64,000 nucleotides of DNA from an uncultured Bacillota bacterium (GTDB lineage Bacteria > Bacillota_I > Bacilli_A > RFN20 > CAG-826): the NCBI GenBank assembly GCA_949287245.1, contig CASEFL010000001.1, positions 138,973 to 202,972 of the forward strand. The letters run 5' to 3'. The notes beneath the pieces were generated by a model, which was not told where the DNA came from, did no database searches, and saw nothing but the letters and a program-made list of their open reading frames with translations. The stretch's first letter is position 1; the number at the start of each line of letters is the position of its first letter. Below, one piece after another: positions 19,646 to 29,234 of this stretch. Position numbers and translations under genes: made by a program.

Positions 19646-20364
19646 AAACCCTCCATAAAAGCAAAATGAAATAGGCTACATACCGCTATCGAAGCGGTTT
19701 CCGCACGTAAAATCAACGACGATAAAGGCAAAATGATTGCCCCCATTTTCCCTGCAAATTCCCGTTCTTTTTCCGAAAAACCGCCTTCTGGTCCAATAAA
19801 AGCGTCAAAATTCCCCGTCTTTTCTTTAAAAAATTCTTTGTAAGAAAAATCTTCACCGGCACGCTTTTCATCAAAAAACAAACGAATGCCTTTCGCCTCT
19901 TTCATGGAGGTTTCAAAAGAAGTAATAGGAGAAATGTGTGGCAAAAAAGGCGAACCGCATTGATAGGCAGACTCTTTTCCAATCTTTTGAAAACGAGTTT
20001 CTCTTTTTTCGAATTCTTTTTTCGCCTTGGGGCGCGAAATTGTAAATGAGGAAATAAAGGGAGAAAAAGAAAGACAACCAAGTTCAACCCCTTTTTCAAT
20101 AACCCATTCATCATGCCCTCCCTTTAATAAGGCAAAATGAAGAGTAAGGAAAGGATTAGGGTAAGAAGGCATCTCCTCTTCCCTTATAATCTTTAAGCAA
20201 TAGGAGGGAGAAAAAGATATTTCGGTTAAATATTTATGCCCCTCAAAATAAGCAAAAATTCGTTCTTTTTCTTTCGCACGTAAAGAAAAAAATAAGTGCT
20301 TCGTGTCTTCTTCGGATAAAAAAAGATGATTTTCTTTTAAAGAAATGGGATATACCGCTTTCAT
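19636..20364 (-). CDS. rsmE: 16S rRNA (uracil1498-N3)-methyltransferase RsmE
   Basis: The C-terminal motif 'IGPEGGFSEKEREF...ILRAETA' is typical of RsmE. The start is set at the internal ATG 20364 (MKAVYP), which has a GGGGAG ribosome-binding site and forms an ATGA overlap with the upstream gene. Confidence 0.85.
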   Translation of the reverse strand: MKAVYPISLKENHLFLSEEDTKHLFFSLRAKEKERIFAYFEGHKYLTEISFSPSYCLKIIREEEMPSYPNPFLTLHFALLKGGHDEWVIEKGVELGCLSFSPFISSFTISRPKAKKEFEKRETRFQKIGKESAYQCGSPFLPHISPITSFETSMKEAKGIRLFFDEKRAGEDFSYKEFFKEKTGNFDAFIGPEGGFSEKEREFAGKMGAIILPLSSLILRAETASIAVCSLFHFAFMEGLWR

Positions 20365-20798
20365 GAAAGAAGGGTCTCCCCACTTGCATCCCGCACATCT
20401 TTTCCTAACAAAACAATCCCACGAATAAAATGCGCCACATAAATAAGACAAAAAGCAAATAAAAGGGCATACCACCCAAGAGGAGGAACAAAATAAAAAG
20501 CAACGGAAAGAACACAATAGAAAAGTAAAGTTAGAATGAGGCAAAGAACGCCTTTTTTCCCTTTGCCTAAATAAAAATAATCCGCGCCAAAAGGACCAAG
20601 CAAGAAGAGAAATAAAACATATGTTTTTTTGTGCTTTGCCTTTTTTAAGGAACTAACATCACCTTCTACTTTTGAGAAGAATGAAGTCATGTCTTCTGTT
20701 TGATAATCACTAGCAATCGGCGCTAAAGTTCCGCAATATGGACAAATGTCACGGTCAAAGCGAGTAATTTCGCGACCACATTCTTTGCAGCGAGGCAT
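20361..20798 (-). CDS. Zinc-ribbon / TM2-domain membrane protein
   Basis: An N-terminal CxxC...CxxC ribbon ('CKECG...CPYCG') is followed by the TM2-domain signature 'GPFGADYFYLGKGKKG' and two TM helices. Confidence 0.6.
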   Translation of the reverse strand: MPRCKECGREITRFDRDICPYCGTLAPIASDYQTEDMTSFFSKVEGDVSSLKKAKHKKTYVLFLFLLGPFGADYFYLGKGKKGVLCLILTLLFYCVLSVAFYFVPPLGWYALLFAFCLIYVAHFIRGIVLLGKDVRDASGETLLS

Positions 20799-20800
20799 AA

Positions 20801-21268
20801 TTAATATTTTTCACCTCCAATAGAGGCATATTCTTCATATAAGGCAAGACATTCTTCACGCGATAATTCGCGACAGAAATTTTCCCGCTTTTCTTTCTTG
20901 GTTAAAAGTTCATAAAAGGCATTATCACGAAATCCAATCTTGACTTCAGTATCTTCCACATTACATCCATAATAGACGCGGTTAATATTAGCCCAAAGAA
21001 TCGCTCCTAAACACATTGGGCAGGGATAGCCTGTGGTATAAAGTTCTGCACCAGATAAATCAAAACTTCCTAAGTTTTTACAGGCATCATGAATGGCCAT
21101 CATCTCACCGTGACATGTAGGATCTTGCTGATGAATCACTTCATTATGCCCACGACCAATAATTTTTCCTTCTTTTACAATTACCGCGCCAAAAGGACCA
21201 CCATGTCCGGCATGAATTCCTTTTTTGGCTTCAAGAATTGCTTCGTGCATATATTTTTCTTCTGCCAT
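20801..21268 (-). CDS. guaD: Guanine deaminase GuaD-like (CDA-fold nucleoside/nucleobase deaminase)
   Basis: 155-aa ORF with 'GGPFGAVIVKEG', 'DPTCHGEMMAI' and 'PCPMCLGAI', close to B. subtilis GuaD. The zinc motif reads HGE rather than the usual HAE. Confidence 0.75.
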   Translation of the reverse strand: MAEEKYMHEAILEAKKGIHAGHGGPFGAVIVKEGKIIGRGHNEVIHQQDPTCHGEMMAIHDACKNLGSFDLSGAELYTTGYPCPMCLGAILWANINRVYYGCNVEDTEVKIGFRDNAFYELLTKKEKRENFCRELSREECLALYEEYASIGGEKY

Positions 21269-21310
21269 AACAATTTCCTCTTTTTATACTTTAGCATAAC
21301 TATTTGAAAC

Positions 21311-21340
21311 AAGACGAAAAAAGAAGGGCAAAACCCTTCT
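21311..21340 (-). terminator. Rho-independent terminator overlapping the dnaJ stop codon
   Basis: Hairpin AGAAGGG-CAAAA-CCCTTCT (21322-21340) followed on the minus-sense RNA by a U-rich tract (plus-strand A-run 21311-21321). Confidence 0.55.
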
Positions 21341-22481
21341 ACTTTTTCACTTTTTTAAATGGTCCCCAACCCGAACTTTTTCCTTCAGCAATAAATTCTT
21401 GTAAAAGCTGCTTTTGACGTTCGGTCAGGCGTTTTGGAATTTCTATTGATAAATGAACATATTCATCCCCTACGCGACCTGCACTATCCTTAACTCCTTT
21501 TCCCTTAAGTTTTAAGATGGCACCAGGCTGCGTACCTGGGGGCACGGTAACCGATTCTGTTCCATAAACGGTTTTCACAGAAAGTTCTGTACCTAAGGCA
21601 CATTCTGCCATGCCAAGAGAAACTTTTATATGAATGTCATTTCCGTCCCGTTCAAAAGTTGGATCATCACGAACGATGACTTCAACATATAAATCACCAT
21701 TTGCTCCACCATTAATTCCTCGTTCTCCATACCCAGCAATCCGCAATTGGCGGCCACTAGTGATTCCTGCAGGAATCGTTACCGTTAATTTTGTTTTTTC
21801 ATGATGGTAACCGCTTCCCCCACATTCATGACATTTTTCTTTAATAATTTTGCCTAAGCCTTGGCAACGAGGGCAAACGCTCTCACTTTGAAAGGTGCCA
21901 AATAAGGTTTGTTGACGACGAATTACACGCCCACTGCCTCCACAATCAGGACAGGTTTGATAAGCATTAGGAGATTCTGCCCCTGTTCCATGACAATGAG
22001 AGCATGTACGGTCGACATCAACGTTAAGATCGATCTTTCTTCCTAAAATCGCATCCATAAAACTAATTTGGACACGAAGCAAACGATCATTCCCTTTTCT
22101 TGGACCACTACTTCGGCTACGACTTCTTGTATTTCCTCCTCCAAAGAACGAGCTAAAGATATCGCCAAAGTCCATGCCGCCAAAACCTTCACTGCTAAAG
22201 CCACCAAATCCTCCATTTTGGAAAGGATTTCCTGCTCCACCAGTTGAGCTTCCTTGACTAAAAGCCGCCATGCCAAAGCGGTCATATTGAGCACGTTTAT
22301 TATCATCGCTTAAAACGTCATAAGCTTCTTGAACTTCTTCAAATTTTTTCGGGGCGTCAGGAGACTTATTAATGTCTGGATGATATTGTTTAGCTAACTT
22401 TCGATATGCGCTACGGATTTCGTCTTTTGTAGCATTTTTCGAAAGACCTAGAACTTCATAAAAATCCCGTTTTTCTGCCAT
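21339..22481 (-). CDS. dnaJ: Chaperone DnaJ
   Basis: J domain 'DFYEVLGL...HPDIN', a G/F-rich region and four CxxCxGxG zinc-finger repeats. The start is set at MAEKRDFY. Confidence 0.95.
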   Translation of the reverse strand: MAEKRDFYEVLGLSKNATKDEIRSAYRKLAKQYHPDINKSPDAPKKFEEVQEAYDVLSDDNKRAQYDRFGMAAFSQGSSTGGAGNPFQNGGFGGFSSEGFGGMDFGDIFSSFFGGGNTRSRSRSSGPRKGNDRLLRVQISFMDAILGRKIDLNVDVDRTCSHCHGTGAESPNAYQTCPDCGGSGRVIRRQQTLFGTFQSESVCPRCQGLGKIIKEKCHECGGSGYHHEKTKLTVTIPAGITSGRQLRIAGYGERGINGGANGDLYVEVIVRDDPTFERDGNDIHIKVSLGMAECALGTELSVKTVYGTESVTVPPGTQPGAILKLKGKGVKDSAGRVGDEYVHLSIEIPKRLTERQKQLLQEFIAEGKSSGWGPFKKVKK

Positions 22482-22536
22482 TTCGTCCCTCCTTATCAAA
22501 AAAAGATTAGGGGGGATTTACCCCCCTATTTATTTA

Positions 22537-24363
22537 TTAGTTATTTGATCCGTCTGTGAAGTCGGCATCAAAAGGAGCGTCCCCATTTGCTCCTCCCGCA
22601 CTAGAAGAATCATTATTTCCAGCGCTTGAAGCACCTTGAGCCTGAGAAGCCATTCTTGCCGCATCTTCTAAGCGACCAACAATTTCTCTTAACTTATCCA
22701 TATCTTCACTTTGTAAGGCACCTTGAGCTTCATCGCGCAAAGTAGTGAGTTGAGTTTTTTGTTCTTCGCTTAACTTATCGCCTTGCTCAACAAGAGCTTG
22801 GTTAATGTCATCAATATACGTTTGGGCTTTATTTTTCACCTCAATATCGTCTTTTCTCTTTTGGTCAGCAGCCTTGTTTTCCTCCGCTTCTTTCACCATA
22901 CGTTCAATGTCTTCTTGCGATAAACCATTGGAGCCGCTGATGGTAATATCTTGGGCTTTTTGCGTATCAAGATCTTTCGCGGATACTTTCACAATACCAT
23001 TAACGTCAATTGAGAAAGTGACTTCGATTCGTGGTTGACCCCGTCTTGCTGGTTTAATTCCCGTTAAAGAGAAATGACCAAGTAATTTATTGTCATGAGC
23101 CATTGGTCTTTCCCCTTGATAAACCATAATATCTACAGCAGGTTGATTATCTTGTGCCGTTGAGAAAATCTGACTCTTTGTTGTAGGAATCGTTGTATTA
23201 CGTGGAATTAAGACGGTCATGACTCCTCCTAAGGTTTCAATCCCTAAAGAAAGCGGAGTTACGTCAAGTAAAACAACATCTTTTACATCACCTGCAATAA
23301 TAGCGCCTTGGATGGCAGCACCCATAGATACTGCTTCATCAGGGTTCACCGACATATTAAGGTTATGTCCGGTCACGCTTTTTACCATTTCTTGGACAGC
23401 TGGCATACGAATCGAACCACCAATCATTAAGACATCCCCTAAATCCGAATAAGATAATCCAGCATCTTGCATGGCCTTTTCCATTGGGGCTTTGCAGCGT
23501 TCTAATAAATGACGAGTTAAATCTTGGAATTTTGCTCTTGTTAAGGTTCCTTCGTAGTTAATTGGACCATTTGAGCTCATTCCAATGAAGGGTAAACTAA
23601 TCGTTGTGGTTAAACTGCTAGAAAGTTCAATTTTTGCTTTTTCAGCGGCATCAATAAAACGTTGTTCGGCCATTTTGTCAGTTAAATCAAGTCCAAATTG
23701 TGTCTTGATTTCACTACGGATCCAATTGGCAATGACAATATCCCAGTCGTCTCCACCTAAATGAGTATCTCCAGAAGTAGAAAGAACTTGGAAAGTTCCA
23801 TCGCCAATATCAAGAATGGAAACATCTAAGGTGCCTCCACCTAAGTCAAAGACAAGGACGCGTTCGCTTTTATTAGAATCCAAACCATAAGCAAGGCAAC
23901 TTGCCGTTGGCTCGTTAATAATTCTGACTACTTCAAGTCCCGCAATCGTTCCAGCATCTTTTGTTGCTTGCCGTTGAGCATCATTAAAGTAGGCAGGAAC
24001 TGTAATAACGGCTTTTTTAACTGGTTGTCCAATAGACTTTTCTGCATAGCCTTTCATATAAGAGAGAACCTTTGCGGAAATCTCTTGAGGAGTGTAATCC
24101 TTATTTAAACAAGAAATGTGGAATTTTTCTGCGGTCCCCATTTTTCTTTTGGCACTACGAACGGTATCAGGATTTGTAATCATTTGCCGTTTGGCAGAGT
24201 TACCAACAATTTCTTCTCCATTGCCTTTAAAAGCAACAATAGAGGGCGTAGTCATTGTTCCTTCCGGATTTGGAATTACTTTGACTTTTCCGTCAGGTTG
24301 CATGTACGAAATAACTGAATTTGTCGTTCCTAAATCAATACCAACAATAATTTCTTTTGCCAT
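22537..24363 (-). CDS. dnaK: Chaperone DnaK (Hsp70)
   Basis: 608-aa ORF with '[10 protein letters not shown]', 'DLGGGTFD' and other Hsp70 signatures. Confidence 0.97.
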   Translation of the reverse strand: MAKEIIVGIDLGTTNSVISYMQPDGKVKVIPNPEGTMTTPSIVAFKGNGEEIVGNSAKRQMITNPDTVRSAKRKMGTAEKFHISCLNKDYTPQEISAKVLSYMKGYAEKSIGQPVKKAVITVPAYFNDAQRQATKDAGTIAGLEVVRIINEPTASCLAYGLDSNKSERVLVFDLGGGTLDVSILDIGDGTFQVLSTSGDTHLGGDDWDIVIANWIRSEIKTQFGLDLTDKMAEQRFIDAAEKAKIELSSSLTTTISLPFIGMSSNGPINYEGTLTRAKFQDLTRHLLERCKAPMEKAMQDAGLSYSDLGDVLMIGGSIRMPAVQEMVKSVTGHNLNMSVNPDEAVSMGAAIQGAIIAGDVKDVVLLDVTPLSLGIETLGGVMTVLIPRNTTIPTTKSQIFSTAQDNQPAVDIMVYQGERPMAHDNKLLGHFSLTGIKPARRGQPRIEVTFSIDVNGIVKVSAKDLDTQKAQDITISGSNGLSQEDIERMVKEAEENKAADQKRKDDIEVKNKAQTYIDDINQALVEQGDKLSEEQKTQLTTLRDEAQGALQSEDMDKLREIVGRLEDAARMASQAQGASSAGNNDSSSAGGANGDAPFDADFTDGSNN

Positions 24364-24392
24364 ATTCTTTTTCTCCTTTTTTATTTCAATTT

Positions 24393-24927
24393 TTATGCTT
24401 CTATTTTTTGCTCTTCTTTCTTCTTTTGAGCACTAACGGTTACTCTGGCCGCCCGAATAAGACGGTCATGCAGTAAGTAACCTTTGCTTTTGCATTCAAT
24501 TACCTTTCCTGGCTCAATATCGCTTTCTAAAGTCTCAATCGCCTCCATCGTCTTGGGATCAAAATCATCTCCTGTTTTTGGTAAAATATAAGAGATTCCT
24601 TCGGAGGCTAAAGCCTCTTCCAGTTGCCGATAAATGAATTGAAATCCTTGGCGATAATTTCTTGCTTCATCGCCAACTGTTTCTCCTTGTAAAGCTATAT
24701 ATAGACAATCAAGAGAAGGAATCAGTTTTTCTAAGAAACCTGCTGCGCGGTAACGGACGGCTTCGCGATGATCTTCCTCTAGAGATTTTCGTAAATTCTG
24801 CATATCCGCATAACACATATAGTAGAGATTCTTCCACTTTTCGATTTCTTCTTTTGCTTTTACAAGTTCTTCTTCTAAGGAGGGTGTTTTACTCTCCTTT
24901 TGTTCTTCTACTTCTTCTGGACGTTCT
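24393..24927 (-). CDS. grpE: Nucleotide exchange factor GrpE
   Basis: GrpE coiled-coil and beta-domain. The start is set at ATG 24925-24927 (MKKKERPEE), which has a strong GGAAGGAGGGGGA ribosome-binding site. It overlaps the hrcA 3' end by 39 nt. Confidence 0.9.
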
Positions 24928-25968
24928 TTCTTCTTCATCGTCCCCCTCCTTCCCTTTTTCGCTTTCATGGAAATAATCATCAAGTGCGCTTGCAAAATAT
25001 TTAAGGGTGCTAACAGCTTTGTTATAGTCCATTCTTGTCGGACCAACCAAAGTTAAGGCAGCATCATTATTTCCAGGAAGCGTAACTTCGGCAGAAATAA
25101 TGGCAACATCGGGATTCCCGTCCCCTTTCTTAGCAATTCTTACACTCACACCATCCGAACTATCTCCGGCTTCTAATGCTTTTTTTAATCGTTCGGGATC
25201 ATCAAGCAAAGCTAGAATTTCACGAACCTTTTGTGCGTCATTTTGGAACTCTGGTTGACTGAGTAATTCTTCTTTACCATAAGAACTCATCCGTTCGGTA
25301 GCAAAACGAGCAAAGGCTCCTAAAATCGCATCATAAATAATTTCCTGTCCAACCATATATTCATGGAGAACTGGTCGTAAGGCTTCCATTTTCGAACAAA
25401 TTTCCGAAATAGGAGTACCTACTAGACGTTCATTTAATAGCTTTACTCCACGAACAACATCATCAACTTTCAAGGTCTTATCGATTAAAAAAGTTTTATT
25501 TTCAACATAGCCTTGAGAAGTAACAAATATTGCCGTGGCACTATGTCCATTTAATGGAACGATATTTAAGGAAGCAAGACGTTCTTCGCTTACCTTTTTT
25601 CCTAAGACAACGGAAGCAAGATTTGTCATACTTGAAAGAATTTGACAAGACTCCGTAAGCACTTCTTCCACCGATTTTGTCTTATTGGAAAGAAGGACTT
25701 GTAGAGCGTGTTTTGCTCCACCATCAACCTCTCCATTTCGCAAGTTATCGATATAATATTGATAACCTAGAGAACTTGGCGTTCTTCCAGCAGAGGAAAA
25801 ATCTTTCTCCAAAAGACCATCTTTTTCTAGAGCACTCATCTCATTGCGGATTGTTGCCGTAGAATAGTCAAGTCCATACTCTTCTTGAAGAGTTTTGCTC
25901 GACACCGGCTTTGCCGTTTTAATAAAGTACTCGACGATGAGCTTTAAGATTTCATCGCGCCTTGTCAT
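24889..25968 (-). CDS. hrcA: Heat-inducible transcription repressor HrcA
   Basis: 359-aa ORF with an N-terminal wHTH and HrcA C-domain. It is the first gene of the hrcA-grpE-dnaK-dnaJ operon. Confidence 0.9.
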   Translation of the reverse strand: MTRRDEILKLIVEYFIKTAKPVSSKTLQEEYGLDYSTATIRNEMSALEKDGLLEKDFSSAGRTPSSLGYQYYIDNLRNGEVDGGAKHALQVLLSNKTKSVEEVLTESCQILSSMTNLASVVLGKKVSEERLASLNIVPLNGHSATAIFVTSQGYVENKTFLIDKTLKVDDVVRGVKLLNERLVGTPISEICSKMEALRPVLHEYMVGQEIIYDAILGAFARFATERMSSYGKEELLSQPEFQNDAQKVREILALLDDPERLKKALEAGDSSDGVSVRIAKKGDGNPDVAIISAEVTLPGNNDAALTLVGPTRMDYNKAVSTLKYFASALDDYFHESEKGKEGDDEEERTSRRSRRTKGE

Positions 25969-25978
25969 GCTCCCTCCT

Positions 25979-26005
25979 TTGGCAATCTATATTCCTGACT
26001 GCCAA
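25979..26005 (-). promoter_or_regulatory. CIRCE-like HrcA operator variant (TTGGCAGTC-N9-GATTGCCAA) between the -10 and the hrcA ribosome-binding site
   Basis: A 9-N9-9 inverted repeat with 8 of 9 arm complementarity. It has the same architecture and position as canonical CIRCE (TTAGCACTC-N9-GAGTGCTAA), matching it at 7 of 9 positions per arm. Confidence 0.55.
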
Positions 26006-26010
26006 AGAGC

Positions 26011-26038
26011 ATTATAAAGGGCAAATTAGCAGAGTCAA
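26011..26038 (-). promoter_or_regulatory. Putative sigmaA promoter of the hrcA operon (-35 TTGACT, 16-nt spacer, -10 TATAAT)
   Basis: Minus-sense TTGACT(26038-26033)-16 nt-TATAAT(26016-26011). A second degenerate CIRCE-like half-repeat (TTGGCAGTT...CTCTGCTAA, about 26033-26059) overlaps the -35. Confidence 0.55.
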
Positions 26039-26071
26039 CATTGAACTGCCAAAAAGTTCGGTATCTTTCTT

Positions 26072-27187
26072 TTAGTTATCAAAAAAAGGAGAACAGAATA
26101 AAGTTCTTAAAATTCGGTCAAGCAAGTAAATGCCTTCTCTTGTTGCGTGAACTCGACCATATTCGACAACAAGGAGTTTTTTCGTTTCTAATTTCCTTAC
26201 TTCTTCTAAAAAAACAGAAAGAAAAGAGAAAGAAAAACGTTTTTCAAATTCTTCTAAAGCAAAACCTTTTTCTAATCGCAAAGTGGTAAGGAAAAAAGTT
26301 TCTATCGCATCTTGTATTGTGGGAGAGGGTTCGTATTCACGCCCTACTCCATTTAAGTAGGAGGAAAAAGATCGAGTATTTTTATAATGTATGCCATCCA
26401 CATATCCTGCCGCACCAAGACCGATTCCTATATAGGGCTGATCTTCCCAGTACACAAGATTGTGTTTGCACTCAAATGATGGCAAAGCGAAGGAACTTAC
26501 TTCATAACGGATAAATCCATGACTTTCTAATAAGGATAGAATTAGGTCATACTCCAAGCGCGCTTCTTCTTCCTCGGCTTCTTTTATATTTTTATAAGCA
26601 AAAGTTGTGCCCTCTTCAATAATCAAAGAATAAGCGGATATTTGCTGTGGTTTTAAAGAAAGAAAATCATGTAAATCTTTTTCTACATCTAAAGGTGTTT
26701 CTTTTGGCAAAGCATACATTAAATCAAGAGAAATATTTGAAAATCCAACATTTTGAGCGATTTTTACAGCACTTTTTGCGTCAATAAAGCGATGCTTTCG
26801 TCCTAACAATTTTAGATATTTATCTTGTGAAGATTGAATACCAAAAGAGAGACGATTTACCCCATACTTTTTGGCGATAAATGCTTTTTCTTCAGAAAAA
26901 CTTTCAGGATTAATTTCAAGTGACCATTCCCCATCCTTTTTTAAATAAGGCGCAAAAAAAGACAAAAGGGATTCCCATTCCGTTAAAGATAAAGAACTAG
27001 GAGTTCCTCCCCCAATATAGATTGTCTTAAAAGAAGCAAAATTAGGGGAAAAAGAGAGAAATTCCTTCTTAAGAGCAGAAAAATATGGTTCAACCCAATG
27101 TTTTTGATAAATTAATTTTGGAAAATCACAATAGGCACAAATGGCGCGGCAAAAAGGGATATGAATGTATAAAGAGGTCGGAATCAT
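26072..27187 (-). CDS. hemW: Radical SAM heme chaperone HemW (HemN-like coproporphyrinogen oxidase family)
   Basis: 'YIHIPFCRAICAYCDF' radical-SAM motif and HemN C-domain. Its position between lepA and hrcA matches Bacillus. Confidence 0.85.
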   Translation of the reverse strand: MIPTSLYIHIPFCRAICAYCDFPKLIYQKHWVEPYFSALKKEFLSFSPNFASFKTIYIGGGTPSSLSLTEWESLLSFFAPYLKKDGEWSLEINPESFSEEKAFIAKKYGVNRLSFGIQSSQDKYLKLLGRKHRFIDAKSAVKIAQNVGFSNISLDLMYALPKETPLDVEKDLHDFLSLKPQQISAYSLIIEEGTTFAYKNIKEAEEEEARLEYDLILSLLESHGFIRYEVSSFALPSFECKHNLVYWEDQPYIGIGLGAAGYVDGIHYKNTRSFSSYLNGVGREYEPSPTIQDAIETFFLTTLRLEKGFALEEFEKRFSFSFLSVFLEEVRKLETKKLLVVEYGRVHATREGIYLLDRILRTLFCSPFFDN

Positions 27188-27597
27188 CCTTTTTTCTCTT
27201 CTTTTTTATTCTCATCATTTTTAATCGCTTCCTCTTCTTCAGGATGAGAAAGGCGATATTGTTCCATGGCTTCGGCGGTTTTTTCATCTTCCACGGAAGA
27301 TAAGGTTCGTTCTAAGGAGTCGTCATGATAAGAATCCTGTGATTCTTCTTTTTTTCTTTCCTTTTCTAAGGTGTCCGCTTCTTTTTCTAATTCTTCATCT
27401 AAATCTTCAACTAAGCGATCTACTTCTTCTTTTGCGATTTCTTCAGGTGTTTTTACTTTTTCATCGCTTTTAAAGAAAGGGACATATTTCCGCAAAAGAA
27501 ACACTAAGAGGGCAACTAAGCCAAAAACAACTAAGATTAAAACAAGGATAATTCCAGGATTACTCCAAAAATCATCAAAAATAACAGGATTGATCAT
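27184..27597 (-). CDS. Small membrane-anchored protein with an acidic coiled tail (hypothetical)
   Basis: 137-aa ORF with one N-terminal TM helix followed by an E/K/D-rich region. It overlaps the hemW start by 4 nt and abuts the stop of the upstream Fic-like gene. Confidence 0.5.
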   Translation of the reverse strand: MINPVIFDDFWSNPGIILVLILVVFGLVALLVFLLRKYVPFFKSDEKVKTPEEIAKEEVDRLVEDLDEELEKEADTLEKERKKEESQDSYHDDSLERTLSSVEDEKTAEAMEQYRLSHPEEEEAIKNDENKKEEKKG

Positions 27598-27599
27598 AT

Positions 27600-29090
27600 T
27601 TATTCTTGTCCTTTCATCACAGGGGTATATACAAATTTGTTTTTAATTTGACTTTTCTTATAGTAGCCACGTGCCGCAAGCTTATCCATAGAAGTCCGTG
27701 CCGTTTCATAAGAACAACGGGCAAAGCGTTTAAACTGTTGAATCGTATAATATCTTCCTTCAATTAGATGCGAAGCAAGGAAACTTGCTTGTTTTCGTGA
27801 CAAAGAAGGGTCTGTTTCCATTAAATATTGTGTGTATTCCCTTGTTTCTTTCTCGGTTAAGCGCTCCGTTTCAAAAGGCATAAGATTTTGCCCACTAGGG
27901 AAACGAGGAGGAGAGGGAGGAACTTTTCTTTTTTCTTCCATAGGCTGAATTGAAGAATTAGGAATTGTTTCCTCTTCTTTAACTTCCTCAGCAAAAATCG
28001 GCTTAGGTTCATCAAGAGAAATATCGCTCTCCTCTTCCAAAATGGAATAGTTTTCCTTTTCGGGAGAAGATACATTTTCTTCCCTTTGCTCCTCTTCATA
28101 AACCTCTTTTTCCGCATCTTTTTGAGCTTGCAAGAAATCGTTCCAGCAGCGGCGCATCCGACTCATGAAAGTATCAAACAAATAGGTCAAATCCCCTTTT
28201 CGTCGTACTTCTAAAATTAAAAAACGATAATCAGTGCGACGTAATTCTGTTAAAAAGGTTTCAATAGGAAGTAAATACGCCCCAGGGCCAAACTCGGAAG
28301 ACAAAATCTTTTTGGCAACCATTAAAGCAACAACTTCATTATGACTGTCAAAAGGTTTAAACCAATCGATAAAAATTAATGCGGCAAGAGCCTTAACAAT
28401 TAACGATACTTGGTCATTTCCTTGAATTGCATTAAAAAGTTGCGACATGGAATCAGCAATTCTTTCTGCTGGGCAATATCCATAATCGGGCGACTGTTGG
28501 AAACTCCAACGGAGTGCCTCTTTATCAAAATCAGAACTTCGATAAAAAGAAATAAGTTCTTGTGTCCCCTCAATCGCCTCTAATACTTGAGCCATAAAAT
28601 CTTCATTTGGCAAATCGCTTTCACCTTCGCGGAAAAGTTTTTCTAAAAGATCGTGATAGCGCAATAAAGGATCGTGAAATTCTTCATGATTACGATACGT
28701 TCCGTTTAAAACCGCTTTAATCATTAACGGACTCATTTCGCATTCTTCAAAAATATTAATCCCCGCCAAACAAGATTCATAAATCGCACGACGAACGTAT
28801 TCCCCGCGCCTTCCATTTAATGATTCTAATTGTTTCGCAAAATTAGAAATAAGCGATTCAAAAGATTTCAGCCGCTCAAGAATCGTGCTCGTGCCAGTGA
28901 AATAAACTGGTTCGCGGTTTAATGTTTTAAGAGGCGATAACAAAACTTCATGTTCTTTTCGATACTCTAAAACAAGTTTCCAAATCGCCGAAGCACCAAT
29001 CGTCCCAACTTCACGAGAGAATAAAGTTTCCGTTAAATAGTTATCATCAGTGCAACGATAAACAATGGGTTCATACTTATCATATTTCAT
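27600..29090 (-). CDS. Fic-fold protein with degenerate catalytic motif, an acidic/Pro-rich disordered linker and a C-terminal winged-helix domain (hypothetical)
   Basis: The core region '...PAERIADSMSQLFNAI...VSLIVKALAALIFIDWFKPFDSHNEVVALMVAKKIL' matches the Fic helix pattern around HPFx[DE]GNGR. Here that motif reads KPFDSHNEV, so His, Gly-Gly and Arg are lost. The C-terminal ~60 aa look like a wHTH. Confidence 0.45.
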   Translation of the reverse strand: MKYDKYEPIVYRCTDDNYLTETLFSREVGTIGASAIWKLVLEYRKEHEVLLSPLKTLNREPVYFTGTSTILERLKSFESLISNFAKQLESLNGRRGEYVRRAIYESCLAGINIFEECEMSPLMIKAVLNGTYRNHEEFHDPLLRYHDLLEKLFREGESDLPNEDFMAQVLEAIEGTQELISFYRSSDFDKEALRWSFQQSPDYGYCPAERIADSMSQLFNAIQGNDQVSLIVKALAALIFIDWFKPFDSHNEVVALMVAKKILSSEFGPGAYLLPIETFLTELRRTDYRFLILEVRRKGDLTYLFDTFMSRMRRCWNDFLQAQKDAEKEVYEEEQREENVSSPEKENYSILEEESDISLDEPKPIFAEEVKEEETIPNSSIQPMEEKRKVPPSPPRFPSGQNLMPFETERLTEKETREYTQYLMETDPSLSRKQASFLASHLIEGRYYTIQQFKRFARCSYETARTSMDKLAARGYYKKSQIKNKFVYTPVMKGQE

Positions 29091-29191
29091 GATACATGCA
29101 TTATATAAGCAAACTCTAAATAAACACTAAAAAACTACTAAAAAGTTTTAAAAATTAATCATGATCTATAATATTTGTTTCCTCCTTAATA

Positions 29192-29225
29192 TGAAAAAAA
29201 GCACTGATAAACAGTGCTTTTATTA
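29192..29225 (-). terminator. Rho-independent (bidirectional-looking) terminator after the membrane-protein gene
   Basis: Hairpin AGCACTG-ATAAA-CAGTGCT (29200-29218) flanked by an A-run on one side and a T-run on the other. Confidence 0.55.
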
Positions 29226-29234
29226 TCAAGTCAA

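Noticed and set aside
25969-26071. Canonical CIRCE (TTAGCACTC-N9-GAGTGCTAA) upstream of hrcA
   Set aside because: No exact match is present. A variant inverted repeat with the same geometry is present instead, and it is reported as a finding.
29141-29191. Four-codon mini-ORF (ATG ATT AAT TTT TAA) with an AAGGAGG upstream of the Fic-like gene, as a possible leader peptide
   Set aside because: The AAGGAGG is 18 nt from the ATG, which is too far for a functional Shine-Dalgarno sequence. The motif is most simply the tail of the preceding bidirectional terminator region.
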